Shown here: piece by piece, positions 1 through 13,077 of the stretch | Position numbering within the stretch: the first letter of the stretch is position 1 | Layout of the letters: each line of letters starts with the position of its first letter | Assembly (NCBI GenBank): GCA_022605425.2 | Contig: JAKIMF020000005.1 | Coordinates: 806,001-870,000 of the forward strand | DNA from: Hamiltosporidium tvaerminnensis FI-OER-3-3 | Taxonomy: Eukaryota; Fungi; Microsporidia | Length of the DNA: 64,000 bases | Reading direction: 5' to 3' | Program-made: the position numbers and the translations under genes | The notes under the pieces: model-generated | What the model was told of the DNA's origin: nothing | What the model saw: the letters and a program-made list of their open reading frames with translations, nothing else | Database searches by the model: none

Positions 1-2436
1 TTATTAGCTCTTCTTTCCCAAAAGATGTATCATATATGCCAAACTTATAAGAATTGGTATTTTAGCTTTAAAAAATATTCTAAAAGAAATCGAAAACCAT
101 GTATTATAGTTAATTATGATTTTCAGATTTATTTTCTAAAAAAATATGGATTCGGCTTTTGAAAAATTTTCTTTACACTTTAGTGTCTTTTATTTACTTG
201 AGCGAACAACATTTTATTTCAGTCCGTCTAAAATAAAAGGTTATTGATATTTCAAGAACTTTTGTTCAAGCAAGAATCTTTTTCAAAGGATTAATTTTTT
301 TAGCTGATTTTATCAAGGTAATTTATTATGAAAATAGTTAATCGTGCATATTTATCACTTCTGTAATCAGGAAATCTGTCGATTTCTGTAAGGAATATGA
401 GATTTTGTTAAAATTAGAAGCATTGTGAATAATTAGGTTTGGACAAACGTAACTATTGTATATTTCGTAAAATTTTTATATATTCTAGTCTATTACAAAC
501 CATAATTAAAGAAATATTTTTTCGTGCTTTGATCCTTCTTAAATTTAAATATTCATTTATTTTTGATTTTCATTTCCCAAATGATATACTTTTTTTCTGA
601 ATTTTAAATTTTTGGATTATTTAAATTTAAGTAATGAAGAATTATTCCAGGTTTAATCTATAATAAATGGCAAAAAAAAAATTTAGACTTTATTACCTCG
701 ATATATAATTTCTATTTATTTTAAATATTTTTATCGCGTAGAAAAATTTCTAATGCTTATTATTCAACACATAGTTCTTTTACAGCCTCCAGTTAAGTCT
801 AAAAGGCAAACCAAATCTTTTCACACCGATTTTATAATTTTTGAACAAAACATAACCATAGAATTATATAGATCCCTAAAAGAAAATGGATATTATAATA
901 ACACATTTCTTTTCTTACTAGAGGCATTTATCTAAATCTGCTGCAAAACTACCATACAATATTTTCCGAAGAAATCAATAACCTTAAAAATATCAAAACG
1001 AAGTAAATAAAAAGTAGTAGAAATGAAATATACAATTTACAACGGTTTTAAATATCTACAATTTTCTATATGGTAATCAAACTAATATTTTTAATTACCT
1101 AATTATTACAAAAACCATATCGTTATATAGAAATATATATAAAGTAAATCTATTATATAAGTTATTTTTTAATTTCTACGATTTTATATTATAAACCAAC
1201 GAATTAAAGTTTCTTCTAAATAAACAGAACGCTCGTATTGATAATTTTCAAATAGAAATCAAATATTTTCTCATAAATGTCTCATATATACGATTTTTTT
1301 TCATGTTTCTTTTTTTCTTCGAGAAATCCTAATATTTCTAAAACTTACATTTTTGAACACCTTCTTTTTAAAAATTTACAAATAAATTATTCTGGTTTTT
1401 TTTAAATTAAACTCACGCATGATTTCCTTAAAACTATTAAGTCTCTTAAATTTCTTAATTAAACAAGCAAGGGCTTTTTAATTATAAGTTTTTAGTTTTA
1501 CTGTTAAAGTTAAGTTAACTTTTTATTTTGAATTTTTATTTGTAATAAATATTCCTGATGTATATTCTATAATAAATTGTTAATAGCCATTCCTTAATTA
1601 TAAGAATAAATATACGATATTTATATCTAATTCATAAATGTAGATCTCTTATACCTATGAATTTACATTTCAAATATGATTTTCAGATTTCAATTTTATA
1701 AATTCCGTTCGCAATTATAACGTATGCTTTTCAGATACATATCACGAATTTAGATAGAAACATTAATATTGATGAGAAAATGCTTCGATTTACACTAATA
1801 TTCATACTTACTTTCCCTTTTCATATAATCTTGTTTTTTAAAATTATATTATGTTCAAAGTTTTGAGTTCACCAAGAAAAAATCGTTAAAAGAGTTCTTT
1901 TATATCGCACGAAACTGTACCCAATTCATCAGTCATTTGAGAAATATATCGCCTTAAGATAAAGTATTACAACGTAATTGTGTAATACACAGGATTTATG
2001 GAATCAATAAAAAAACTTTATATCAATTAATCTTTAATAATATACTTCAGTAGAAAGTTCTGCATGAAAAAAAATATTTTTAAAAGCAAAAAAAGTTTAA
2101 GAAAGAAGCTTTTTTATATAAAATGAAAGTTAATTGTTTTTTTATATATTTATATTATATTTTAATTAGGATAGGGTTATTGTTCAGAAGTTATTATCAG
2201 TTGATCATTTTGCATATTTCAACACTTAAAATAAAGTTTTCACCTTTCGTAAAAATTTTAAAAATTATTTTTTTATTTTAGTGGTATTGAAATTTTATTT
2301 TTTTATTAAACTTTATTTACAAAAATTAAATATTAAATTAAAAATTTATCTTTGAAAATTTAATATTTATTCACATTCTAAAGAACCAAGATTTATAGAA
2401 TTTAGAAGGTCTCAAAAAACCCTTAAAAAATATAAA

Positions 2437-4602
2437 TTACGGAATATAAATAATAAATCCATCACTGATTTTTACATATTCTTTATCAGTTAACTCTTTT
2501 ATAGCAGCGTCTAATAATATAGCATCTTCTGTTTGATTACTAATAAAATATTTTAGAAGTTCTTTTTGTAGAATTTTCTTTTCAATTTTTAATTTTTTAA
2601 CTATTTTTGCCTGTAGAATCATGACTTTAGAAGATTTAAAATTTTCTATGATTTTGTCAGAAGTTTTGTTGAAAGAAGTATAATTTTCTTCAAATAAATT
2701 TAAATTTGATTCGTTAGAATCAAAATCGTAATTTATCAAATAATTACCAGAATCATACTTAATTAAATTTGTATTTAAAAGTTTTTCCAAATTATTTTTT
2801 AAATTTTGATCGTTTGAGAGCATTTTAAGTTCTGTAAAATTAAGATTTCCATTATTTTCAATAAAAAGTAAAATTGATGCCAAATCAGTTGATAGTTTTA
2901 TATTGAAATTTTTAAATTCAATTTCTATGACTGAAAGTGTAAAATTAAATTCCAAAACACATCTGGGATTTTTTAATAAATGCGATTGAATATTTTCATT
3001 CAATATTTTTTGTAAAGGTTCTGCCAAAATAGTTTGTTCAGGTAAAATATTCCAAAATCCTTTAGTTAAAATTTTTATGTTCAGCAAAAAACATGAATTT
3101 TCAAGATTTTCATTGTTCTCCAATACAAGATTTGGCATCATAAAAGATTTTATCTTTTTATTTTTTTGGTTGCACTCGTTCTTCTCATCAACAAATTTTA
3201 TATTCGAATCTGCTTCTGCATTTCTATAATAACTAATTTGATTACAAGACTCTCCTATTTTTACTGCTATCGTGTTACTATAATTGGTTTCAATATCTTT
3301 AATTGATTTTGTCAATCTACCAATATAATCAGAACCGATTCTTGTTTTAAGCAAATCTATAAAAATATTTTCTGCTTTTAATTCACTTTTATTAAAAAGA
3401 AGTCTTTTTTGAATTCCATCTATAATTTTATACTTTGATATTTCTTTTTCATCGAGTATTTTAAGAAAATGTAAAAGTGCATCCAATTTTTTATAATCCT
3501 TTTTTTCTAAATTCATTATTAAATTTATTTCTTCAACTATTTCATCTATAAAATCTTTAGAAAATTTTCCATCAGAAATTAAAGCTTTTTTTGTTTGATT
3601 TTTTACTTTCAGAATCACAGTAAATATTTCAATTAATTTTGTTTTTAATTTAGAATCAGCTTCAAAACTTTTATCGATATGTGAGTTATTAATAATAAAA
3701 CAGTTTAGAAAATCTTCTAAAGTTTCACAAATTTTTGCTGAAATTTCAATTTTCTCAGAATATTTTATAAAAAATAATTTTAAATTTTTATCTCCCATAA
3801 ATTTTATAACATGATAAAGACTTGGCGTACTTTTATTAATATCCATCGTTTCAATAACAAAATTTATCAATTCTGGTCCTCTTTCTTCAAATTTACTAAT
3901 TAATTTAGAAATTAATTCATAAAATACTTCTAATTCAAATATTTTGTTAATAATTAGCATTTCTTTTACAATTATTTTAGAAATATTAGAAATATTATCA
4001 TTAAAATCTATTTTCTTAAATAAATTATTTAAATAATTTATTTTAAAAATATTAAACTTAGAATCCTCATCACTGAAAGCTAAAAGCTTTCTATAATAAT
4101 CAATCGATAATTTAAGTTTTGTATTTTTTACTTTTTTATAAGTTCTTACAATATCAAATTCAAAATAAATCATTTCTAATAAAGTTTTTTCTATCGATTC
4201 TAAATAATTTCTATAAAAAAAAGAATATCCAAGTGTTTCTATATCTTGAATGTATCCATCTCGTCTATCCAAACTAATTTTAATAAAATATCTAGAAAGA
4301 TAAGAATATAAAGATTTAAGTACATTTATAGACATTTCATATTGTTTCATCACATCAATAAATCTTTCTAATGAAATTAATTGTTCTATTCGTGATGTAT
4401 GTTCATTAATAATTTCTTGTAACAAATCATAAATTGGTTTTCCTTGTATTTCATAATCATCTGTAATTGCTGTACAATGTTTATATATATTGTTATAAAC
4501 ATAAACATAATCATTAGAATCTATATAATCAGGCCTTTTCAAAATTGAAAGTGTTATACGTTTCATATTTTCTGCTATTTGGTTTTCTAATCTGTTTACC
4601 AT
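2437..4602 (-). CDS. Cullin-family E3 ligase scaffold (721 aa)
   Basis: N-terminal cullin repeat motifs (YVYVYNNIYKHCT, LYSYLSRYFIK), cullin homology region (IQKRLL, IKILTKGFW) and a C-terminal neddylation-type domain (LQAKIVKKLK...ELTDKEYV). A CCC motif lies on the minus strand at 4623-4625. The subfamily cannot be assigned. Confidence 0.9.
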   Translation of the reverse strand: MVNRLENQIAENMKRITLSILKRPDYIDSNDYVYVYNNIYKHCTAITDDYEIQGKPIYDLLQEIINEHTSRIEQLISLERFIDVMKQYEMSINVLKSLYSYLSRYFIKISLDRRDGYIQDIETLGYSFFYRNYLESIEKTLLEMIYFEFDIVRTYKKVKNTKLKLSIDYYRKLLAFSDEDSKFNIFKINYLNNLFKKIDFNDNISNISKIIVKEMLIINKIFELEVFYELISKLISKFEERGPELINFVIETMDINKSTPSLYHVIKFMGDKNLKLFFIKYSEKIEISAKICETLEDFLNCFIINNSHIDKSFEADSKLKTKLIEIFTVILKVKNQTKKALISDGKFSKDFIDEIVEEINLIMNLEKKDYKKLDALLHFLKILDEKEISKYKIIDGIQKRLLFNKSELKAENIFIDLLKTRIGSDYIGRLTKSIKDIETNYSNTIAVKIGESCNQISYYRNAEADSNIKFVDEKNECNQKNKKIKSFMMPNLVLENNENLENSCFLLNIKILTKGFWNILPEQTILAEPLQKILNENIQSHLLKNPRCVLEFNFTLSVIEIEFKNFNIKLSTDLASILLFIENNGNLNFTELKMLSNDQNLKNNLEKLLNTNLIKYDSGNYLINYDFDSNESNLNLFEENYTSFNKTSDKIIENFKSSKVMILQAKIVKKLKIEKKILQKELLKYFISNQTEDAILLDAAIKELTDKEYVKISDGFIIYIP

Positions 4603-4754
4603 TTATAATTAAGAATTACAAAGGGATATTATTTATGGTAATTTTAAAATTTTACAGAATAAATTATTTTTAAAATATTTACTTTAAACTTGAATTATTT
4701 TTGTGGCCAAAATTTCTAAATATTCTTAATTTTATGAATATAAAATATCGATGC

Positions 4755-5470
4755 TGGAGACTGAATAACCATATAAAAGCATCTACCGATAAAGATTTGT
4801 GAAATACAGGCGAAATTTATTTGTTGGGTTTTAGTGAAATGAAAAGCTCATTAAATTTTTCTTTTTTTTTCATAAAAATTTTTATATTGAGAAGATGGTT
4901 TGTAAAAATATAAAAAACTTTTCTAAAAACTTATTTTGTACTTTTTTATGTAACTATATTGGAAAAAGTAGTTGAAATTGTAAGTAATTTTCTTGTTAAA
5001 GAATGGAAACCTAGCCTTGTTCACTCGGATTAGAAGACTTAAAATCTGACTGATACAGAAGAACAGCCCATTTAAATTTAATTGTGATAGGTAGAAGATT
5101 GGACTTGTGGTATGGCATTGCAACGATTTGGTAAGCCCATGCAAGTCTTGAAATATATTTTAACTGGCAGTTTATTAGAATCGGGCAGTGTAATGTAAGT
5201 GTAAATTCTGATGCTTTTTAGAAAACTAAGGTAGGTTTAAATATTTGATCACACACCGGGCAACGGACATTAAAGAACACCAGACAACTTTCCTGCCTAT
5301 TAAATAACTTTAAACGTGTTTTAGATGAAAAGCTTTGAGATGTAAGTATGTTGTCTGATACCGATGGAGTTTGAGGGAATAGTTATAATCGGTAAGCATA
5401 GACTCGTTTAATGTTATAAAAACAAAATAACACACACCATGATTTTAAAAAGATGTGGTATTAAGTAAAT
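4755..5470 (+). mobile_element. ~730-bp non-coding interspersed repeat (SINE-like), copy 1, diverged
   Basis: Colinear with the reverse complement of 51035-51763 (e.g. atggaaacctagccttgttcactcggattagaagactt, tttaaaaagatgtg). Ends are approximate. Confidence 0.8.
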
Positions 5471-5975
5471 TAAAAGGAAAATTTATTGTTTAATAAGAAT
5501 ATAAAAATAAACCAATCAAATGAGTAGTAGAAAGCACGTGAGAGAGTGAAATTTTTTTTTAACTTTGATTAGAATTCATTACAAAAAATTTATAGTTTCT
5601 TTAACATTTTACTTCTAATTTTTTTTTATATTTCCTACATTGTTTGTTTTTGGGGTCCTTAGTCTTTATAATTTAAAAATATATCAGTTATTTACAAAAA
5701 TCATGATTTTTTGGTTTTCCTGTTCAGTATTTAAAAATAATAAGTAAATAAAAAAATAATTGTTTTGGCGTGTATGAGTAGAGAATTTAAACTTTTTAAA
5801 TAGATATTTCTTTATTCTACTATGTTATCTCTCTATAAATAAAACAAAATTTAAAATAAATTTGGATTTACATATTTAGAAAAAAAATGGAAAATAATTT
5901 TATTTTTGTGGTTTACAATTAGACAATACTTTCATTTCTTATTTATATCAGAGTTTGATAAATATTTGGATTTTT

Positions 5976-6635
5976 TTAATCTAATATGGTATGAAAATCA
6001 TTTTCACCAACAATAAATTCCAAATCTGATTTTACAAATTCTTCTAAATTTTTTACACTCACTAAATTGAAATTTTTAATTCTTGAAAGTGAAGATATTT
6101 CATGTAGGGAAGTATATTCAGTTAAAAAATATAAAAAATCCTTGTTAAAATTGACATCTTTCGTTCCTTTGACTTTTCTCAGAACAATACTTGATTCTAA
6201 TGCTAGATAATGGTATTTAACAATATATAAAACATATTGAAACATAGCAAGATATTTACTATCACTTTCTACATTCATAAGTGAACATATAGATGTTATA
6301 AACATACACAGACTCTTCCAACCTTTGATAGCTTCTAAACATGATTTTTCATTTTCAACCTCTACAAACCCTCTTATATATCTAAATAATGATTTTACAT
6401 ACAATTTTACAGCTTCATTATGGTCATTTTTAATAATTTTGTCTGCATCTTTTTTCAATTTATGAGCTTCTGTAATATTAATATCTATAATTGTAGATGA
6501 TCTACTCTCTTTATTTTTTCTTATAAAAGAACCATGCCCAAATTTTGATACCTCAATTAAATCAAATATTCGCATTTTTTTAAGTTTTCTTATTCTATCA
6601 TCCATATGGTAGGGTCTTTTCAGTAGAATATCCAT
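5976..6635 (-). CDS. Hypothetical 219-aa helical protein, possible AF4/FMR2 C-terminal homology (Ebp1_C-like) domain
   Basis: Clean ORF with an in-frame stop a short distance upstream. EAHKLKKDADKI...AVKLYVKSLFRYI...WKSL resembles the AFF CHD start EAKKLKHxAD as I recall it. The domain call is an inference. Confidence 0.6.
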   Translation of the reverse strand: MDILLKRPYHMDDRIRKLKKMRIFDLIEVSKFGHGSFIRKNKESRSSTIIDINITEAHKLKKDADKIIKNDHNEAVKLYVKSLFRYIRGFVEVENEKSCLEAIKGWKSLCMFITSICSLMNVESDSKYLAMFQYVLYIVKYHYLALESSIVLRKVKGTKDVNFNKDFLYFLTEYTSLHEISSLSRIKNFNLVSVKNLEEFVKSDLEFIVGENDFHTILD

Positions 6636-7079
6636 ATTTTTTGTAATTTTACTTAAAAAAATCTGATTGATTTTATTTTAAAATGATTTTATGAAAATCG
6701 TTTCTAAATACAAATTTTATTCGTTTGATTTTTTTTTATAAATTGTATAATTTTAAAATTTTATATTTTCTAGATTAATTTTAATACTGGTTTTTAACAA
6801 TAAAAACCAAGTAGATGTTGATTTTCTGGTTTAAAGACGAACTTTTCATTGTATTATTGATCCAACTTGAAATTAAAAAAAAACCGTAAAGTTTTATTTT
6901 AAAGATTCGAAAAAATATTTATTGGATTGCATTAGTATAAATTAAAATTTTCAAATCAGAGCTATTATTTACATTCTTTTTAAATTTTGAAATAATAATT
7001 TAATCACGGTTATAATATACACAATGAGTTGTTCTTTTATTTGATGTTTTGATGTTTAATACTTATTTATTCACATGTA

Positions 7080-7800
7080 TCTAAAGTTATTAGTTTTTCT
7101 TACCAGCCCGTGGATGTAATGCCTAATCATTTTCTATGTTTTTTTAAAGATTTAGCTTTGATTCCAATATTTTTCTCAATTAAAAGATTTAGATTGTTTT
7201 TAGAACACGATGATTTTATATAGACATATATTCTGACTCATACTTGATTTCTTGAATTTTCTTTCTGGTGTTTAGTAAACATTTTAGATTTATTTCTTGA
7301 AAGAATCAAATTGATACTTGATATTTAAATGCCATTTACTTATCTGTCGGAAAATTGAAATCCTAGGTTTTTCTGTTTCAAAAATTTTACACAGCTCAAG
7401 GAGGCAACTATACTTTATTCGAGAGTTACATACCTCACATTCTTATATAAATTAACTTATCGGAACAAATACTCTGAAATTCGCTATCTTTTTAGTAATC
7501 CTGATGTAATTTTATTTAAAACACATCTTTAAAAAATTTTGTAGATCTACTAATTCATAAGTTCGTCTGAAAAGCCAAATGTTTTTTAAGAAATTATATG
7601 AGTTTTAAATTTTGTTTTTTTTTATTATAATATATAAGCGTATACAATAAATATTTGCATAATTCACTAAACTTAGTCATAAATTCAACATTCATTTATG
7701 TTTTTAATGTAGATTCTGTTTTCTAGAAAGCAAAATAAAATCCCATTTTCGGTTTCAAATTTCTATTCTTAGGTAATTTAGAAAATCGCCATATGTACTA
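7080..7800 (-). pseudogene. Decayed remnant, possibly of an LRR-type multigene family
   Basis: 7370-7430 resembles 22030-22095 (ttttctgtttcaa...aggaggca...gagagtt). The minus-strand translation SRIKYSCLLELCKIF weakly recalls SKIALVELLKLY of family B. No intact ORF; bounds are rough. Confidence 0.3.
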
Positions 7801-10589
7801 ACACAGTAAACTTTGATTGTGACTGTTTTTTATTTTGCCCCATCATGACAGTATTATAATCTTTCTGAAATTTTATTTATAAACGCTGATCATAACTTAA
7901 ATATTCCAAAAAAAAAATTCATCCGTGCAAGTTAAATCCTATTTCGTAAATTATTGAAAACCCTTTCTTAAAATTTATATTTTTACTTTTTTACGAAAAA
8001 CAAAGGCTTTGAAAATATATAATTGGGCCTCTATACTCAAAAATGCGTTAGTATTTTTCAAGTTTTATTTCCTGTAATAAAAAGATATTTAAACACCTGC
8101 ATAAGATCCATATTTTGATTAGTAATTAAATATAAATTAAGAATTTACTTAAGTACATCTGTCGTTCCTGATAAAATATATTAAAGTATTAATTTTCACA
8201 AATAACGAACCTTTTATCATATAAATAAAAATCCTGTCATTATTCAAGGATAAATCCTTTGACTCTTGATACAGGAATTTTTGCATAGTTAAATAGGCGC
8301 TGGTGGGCTTTTATTTGCCATATTTGTTTTGTTATTCCTAAGTATTTATAATACCGTATTTATATGAGCAGAAGTTTTTTTGCCTTAATTAATTAAAAAT
8401 GAAATTTGTAAAATCAGTATTCCAGAATTTATATAAAATTTGCAAATAATATCTCTAAAATGTTTAAAGGTAAATTTATTTTTAAAAATTACACAAAATA
8501 TTAATTTATTTTCCGGAAAAGGTTTTTAAAAATCGATATAGTTCGAAAAAAAGAGAGATAAGATGTTTTTTTTCGAATCTTTATCTATAGAGAATTAATA
8601 TTTGGATTTTATTTAACTTATAAGATAGCTGATCCCTATTTGGTTCTACATTATATAGCAAATAAAATTGAAAGCTATAGATATATTTAGCAGTTTAAAA
8701 CTAGAAATCAAATGGTTAATAACTAAAAAATCGATATAAAAAACCAATTATCTCTCAATATATATTAAATGCATGCTGCTAGAGAAAGCTGAAAAATAAA
8801 ATGTAACATGTTCGTTAAATCTTTGCATTTTTTATTTTTAAAAACCCTTTATGGATTTTAAATATCTGAACGCAAATTCTTCAGGCAAAAATCACCTTAA
8901 ATTCTTTCAAAAACTTTAACAGATTGAACACGATCTATGAAAGAACAATTTTGTATGCTTGATGCTAAATTTATTTTTATATATTTTTCAAAATAGCTAA
9001 AAAAAGTATATTACAAAAGAAAAAATTTAAATTTAAAGATATCATAAAGAAAGTTTTCATCCCCTGTAATACACTCACTGCATGAAAAAACTTGCCATAC
9101 AATGCTAAAGACCGAAAATTTTAATTGAAATATTAATTACCCTAAGCTTAACAACATATTCTTTCTGTGCAAATTTATACTCCCAAAAATTTTTATAGGC
9201 ATATTGGAAAAGATATTTGAACTAATTAAAATATTTGTGTAAAAAATGGGAAAATCGTAATTCTAAATTGAAAATCCAAAGTGGATTATAAATAAAAAAT
9301 TCTGGACGTAATTAATCGAATATATAGAAAGTATATTGTTCGTAGTGTATCATGTAGCGATAAGAGCATTGTGCATGTCACATAGGCATCATAATATGTT
9401 ATGAAAAGTAAGTATGCCAAAATCTAAATTTGGAGAAGAAATACATAGAAAGTATTATCGCATCTTATAATTTTTCACGTATTCCCCAAGGATGTTCGGA
9501 ACCAGAAATTCGATTCTGTTAAACCGAGGCAACAAAATATAAACAAGGGAACTTAGTTTAAATTAAACAATTAAATCATTCACATCAATTATATATTAGA
9601 AGTTAAGCTGTTATATTTACCAAATAGAAGTCGAAGACAAGAAACTTAAAACAGTCTTAAAAGAGAATTAAATGAACGGCTTTTTTAAAAAAGTTAATTA
9701 GTATTTAGCTTCGGCGCGCATACCTTCAAATATATTACAGCTGTGTTTAAATCGCGAACCTTGGGTTAATAATTGATAAATCAATATTCAGAAATAACTC
9801 AATATAAATTCCGGATATTTCATTAAATACTATAAAAATATGTTTCTATTACTTGATGAGAGTTCATTAGTATGATTTTTTTTTATTTTCTTACATTTGG
9901 GAAGCTGCTGGAATTAATCTAATGTAGAAATTTCGAATAGATTACTTACCTATTCATTGCAAATATTTTTGGATGCTGTAAAAATCTTAAATTTGGCGAT
10001 TCATCTTGAACTGAAGATTTTATACTACATAACACGTGGTGGCGAAATAAAACTCAACAGAAATCATAATTCAACAAAAGGGCCTGTATATCATATATTT
10101 TTAAGTTGGAGTTTAAATTTGCAAAAATATTTTTGAAGAAATAAGAACAGGCGAAAATTATCTGCTAATATTATATGGGTATGGCAAAATTCTTATTAGA
10201 AGGCCATATAAAATATTTTTACAGAATATTGCGCCAGACAAGAGGCAATAAAAGTTGTTAAATGGGTTCAATTTATTCAAAATCCAAATTATTTGAATTA
10301 TTTGAATTTTATTAATTTAATTTTGCCAATACACCATAATACTATAATATTATAACTGGTCGTTATATTTTGTACTTAAAAGCCCAAAAAATTACAAAAT
10401 AAAATTTGAAACAAATATCTAAACGCACACGGTTCATATCATATTGAAACATGATAGATTTTTTCTTAGTCTAATTTATTTATATCAATTTAGCTTAAAC
10501 TATACCAATGATTTTCGTATGAATTATACTGTAGATTAGATTCGTCTTAAAGTATTTGATTGTTTGTATAATAATTTACTCTATTATAA

Positions 10590-11286
10590 AAAATATCATT
10601 TTTTTTTAGACAATAGCAGGAGTTATTTTTGTTTTTATGATAAAAATGCGGCTCTAGGCTTAAGATAAATAACTGCTACCCCAACACTTCATCATTAATT
10701 CTTGGGATACCTACATCTCAAAGCCTTTCTCCATAAATATGTGCAGAACCCAATTAATAGGTGAGATAGTTGTCCGGATTCGTTAATGTTTGTTGCATAG
10801 TGTGGGATCGCAGTCGGAAACCACCCTGAGCTTCTTTGAGACTATGCAGAATTTCTTTTACTCTACACTTTCGGACCCAATAACTTCTAGCTAATATATT
10901 TCAGTGACTTACATGGTGTTCACTTAGATAGTGTATGCCATATGAACAGTTTAATCCGCTACTTAACTCACCCTACTTTAAATAGTTTAATTTTCTATAG
11001 CTTTGAAGCGCTGAGTCTTCTAATTCGAGTGAGCAAGGCTAGTTTGATGCCTTTAAATGGTGATTACTTACAAATTCAGACGCGTTATTCAATCTAGTTA
11101 GATTAAAAACTACAAAATAAATTTGTAGAAAAGTTTCGCCATTTCGTAGACTTTCCCTCCTTATACAAATCCTGTAGACAAGAAAATATTTTTCTTTATT
11201 CCTACCGACAATTTAAAAATAAACTTCACACCAGTTTCAAATACTCATTGCCAAAGAGAAAGTTTTTTTGGTGGTTTTAGTCCCTT
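10590..11286 (-). mobile_element. ~730-bp SINE-like repeat, copy 2
   Basis: Same orientation as 51035-51763 and colinear with it (actgctaccccaacact, ttactctacactttc, cgagtgagcaaggctag, cttcacaccagtttca). Confidence 0.85.
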
Positions 11287-13077
11287 TAAAATATACAATT
11301 GAAATATTTATATTTTCATAAAGCAAACTAAAGTGTACATATGTCTTTAGAATAATCAACTACCTTTATAAACACTCTAAACGTAACCAAAAAAATCGAA
11401 GTAAATAATTTTTAGTGTAGAAATATTTATATACAAAGAATTTTCGATTTTTAGATTTTGAAACGAATGAGAGTCAGATGAGAAACGATCTTAACTTTAA
11501 AAGATCATTGAGTCATTTTTTATGGGAGCGAATAAAAGATTCATAAAAAATTCTTTGAAAAAGATATTACCATGTGAAATTCAAAGAAACAAATCCAAAT
11601 CACCCACCCTTTTAGGGATATTTAGCAAGCTGTAGAAACTAAAACTCCAAACATTTTTGGATTATTGTGGATTTCAAATTTAAATACATTTTTTCGAAAT
11701 GATTCACATTTGAAAGCCGGGATTATTGATTACAAGTAAAATGCAAGTTTAAATTCAGTAATTATATTCAAAAGAAAAAAAATAGTCTTTGAAGGAACAT
11801 TTTAAAGTTTAAATAAAAAAAATTAGTTATTATTCTGTCGTTAAAAAATATTAAGCTTAAAATTTATGAAGCAGAAAAACAATATATGATTATCCAAGAA
11901 TGTCTATTCTACAATACTATATCTCGAGAAGAGAAAAAAACATGCACAGTGCTCAGAAACTAGAAAATTTAAAGGCAAAAACAACTCGAGATAATTGTTA
12001 GAAAAAAGAGAATATCTGGCCTTATGTCATGAAGATTTTCTATATTCGCAGTCGAATAATATCATTATTGTAAAGATGTATATCAGAATAAATTCTTTTG
12101 GAAGCCCTCTTAAACATAAAAATCCTGTTTATAAAATTCGAAACGACTATCAAAACTATAAAAAAATAGGTATGTTCGTATATTTAGCTTACTCAATACC
12201 TATAAAGATAAATTTTTAATATTAAATGTATTTAGAATTTTTTAGCATTTTATATAGAATCAAAGCATGTGTTAAAATGAAGTTAAAATGTTTTATTATT
12301 CGAAACCCGAATTAAGATAATATTTTTAGGTAACAAAACAATTTTATGAGCCTATATAGGTATATACGGCATTTTAAAATAACTATTAGTATTTTTGAAT
12401 TTCAAATTAAAAACATGCAGAATAAATAAAATTGCTTAGAGTTTGTATGTACTTTAAAATATTTGTGCTAGCAAATTATAGGTTTCTATGCCACTATAGA
12501 TGCATATTCTATAAAACCATAACATAGGAATATTCAAATAATTTTACAACATATAATAATGAACTAATTGAAAAAGAAAAACATAAAGCAGCAACTAGTT
12601 TTTTTATGATAAAATCTATAAATCGAAAACAGTGATTTAAAAATAAGCTATTCTTCTTGGAGTGCCAATAATTCTTCTAGAAACATAAACAATAAAACAA
12701 AACAAAGTATTTATGTTACTACTTCATTTCTTACATTTTTTTTGGAAAAAAATCAAATCTTAATTAACATCATAAAGAAATTATGACTCGATTAAACAAA
12801 ATTAGAAAAAAAGTTACATCTAAAATGCCGGTAATTTTTAAAAAATGCATTAAATGAGCTTATATAATTATCTAAATTAAATTATATGATTGAAACTAAA
12901 AATATAATCTTTTATGAATATAATTATTCCATTTTGATCTTTAAAAAGGCAATTTTCCGCTAATCAAATAAGTTTTGGTAAAAATACATGTTTTATCAAT
13001 TAATTAATCGCGTTTAATATTTTTTTATAGATAAAAAAGAATAAAAAAACTATTTAATAGAATAAAAATGTCAAACC

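Noticed and set aside
753-935. Small 60-90 aa intergenic ORFs here and throughout the window
   Set aside because: They have no recognisable motifs, many start at non-ATG codons, and they are expected by chance or from decayed elements.
4923-5144. Short ORFs inside the ~730-bp repeat (also 51483-51692)
   Set aside because: They are not conserved in frame or strand between copies.
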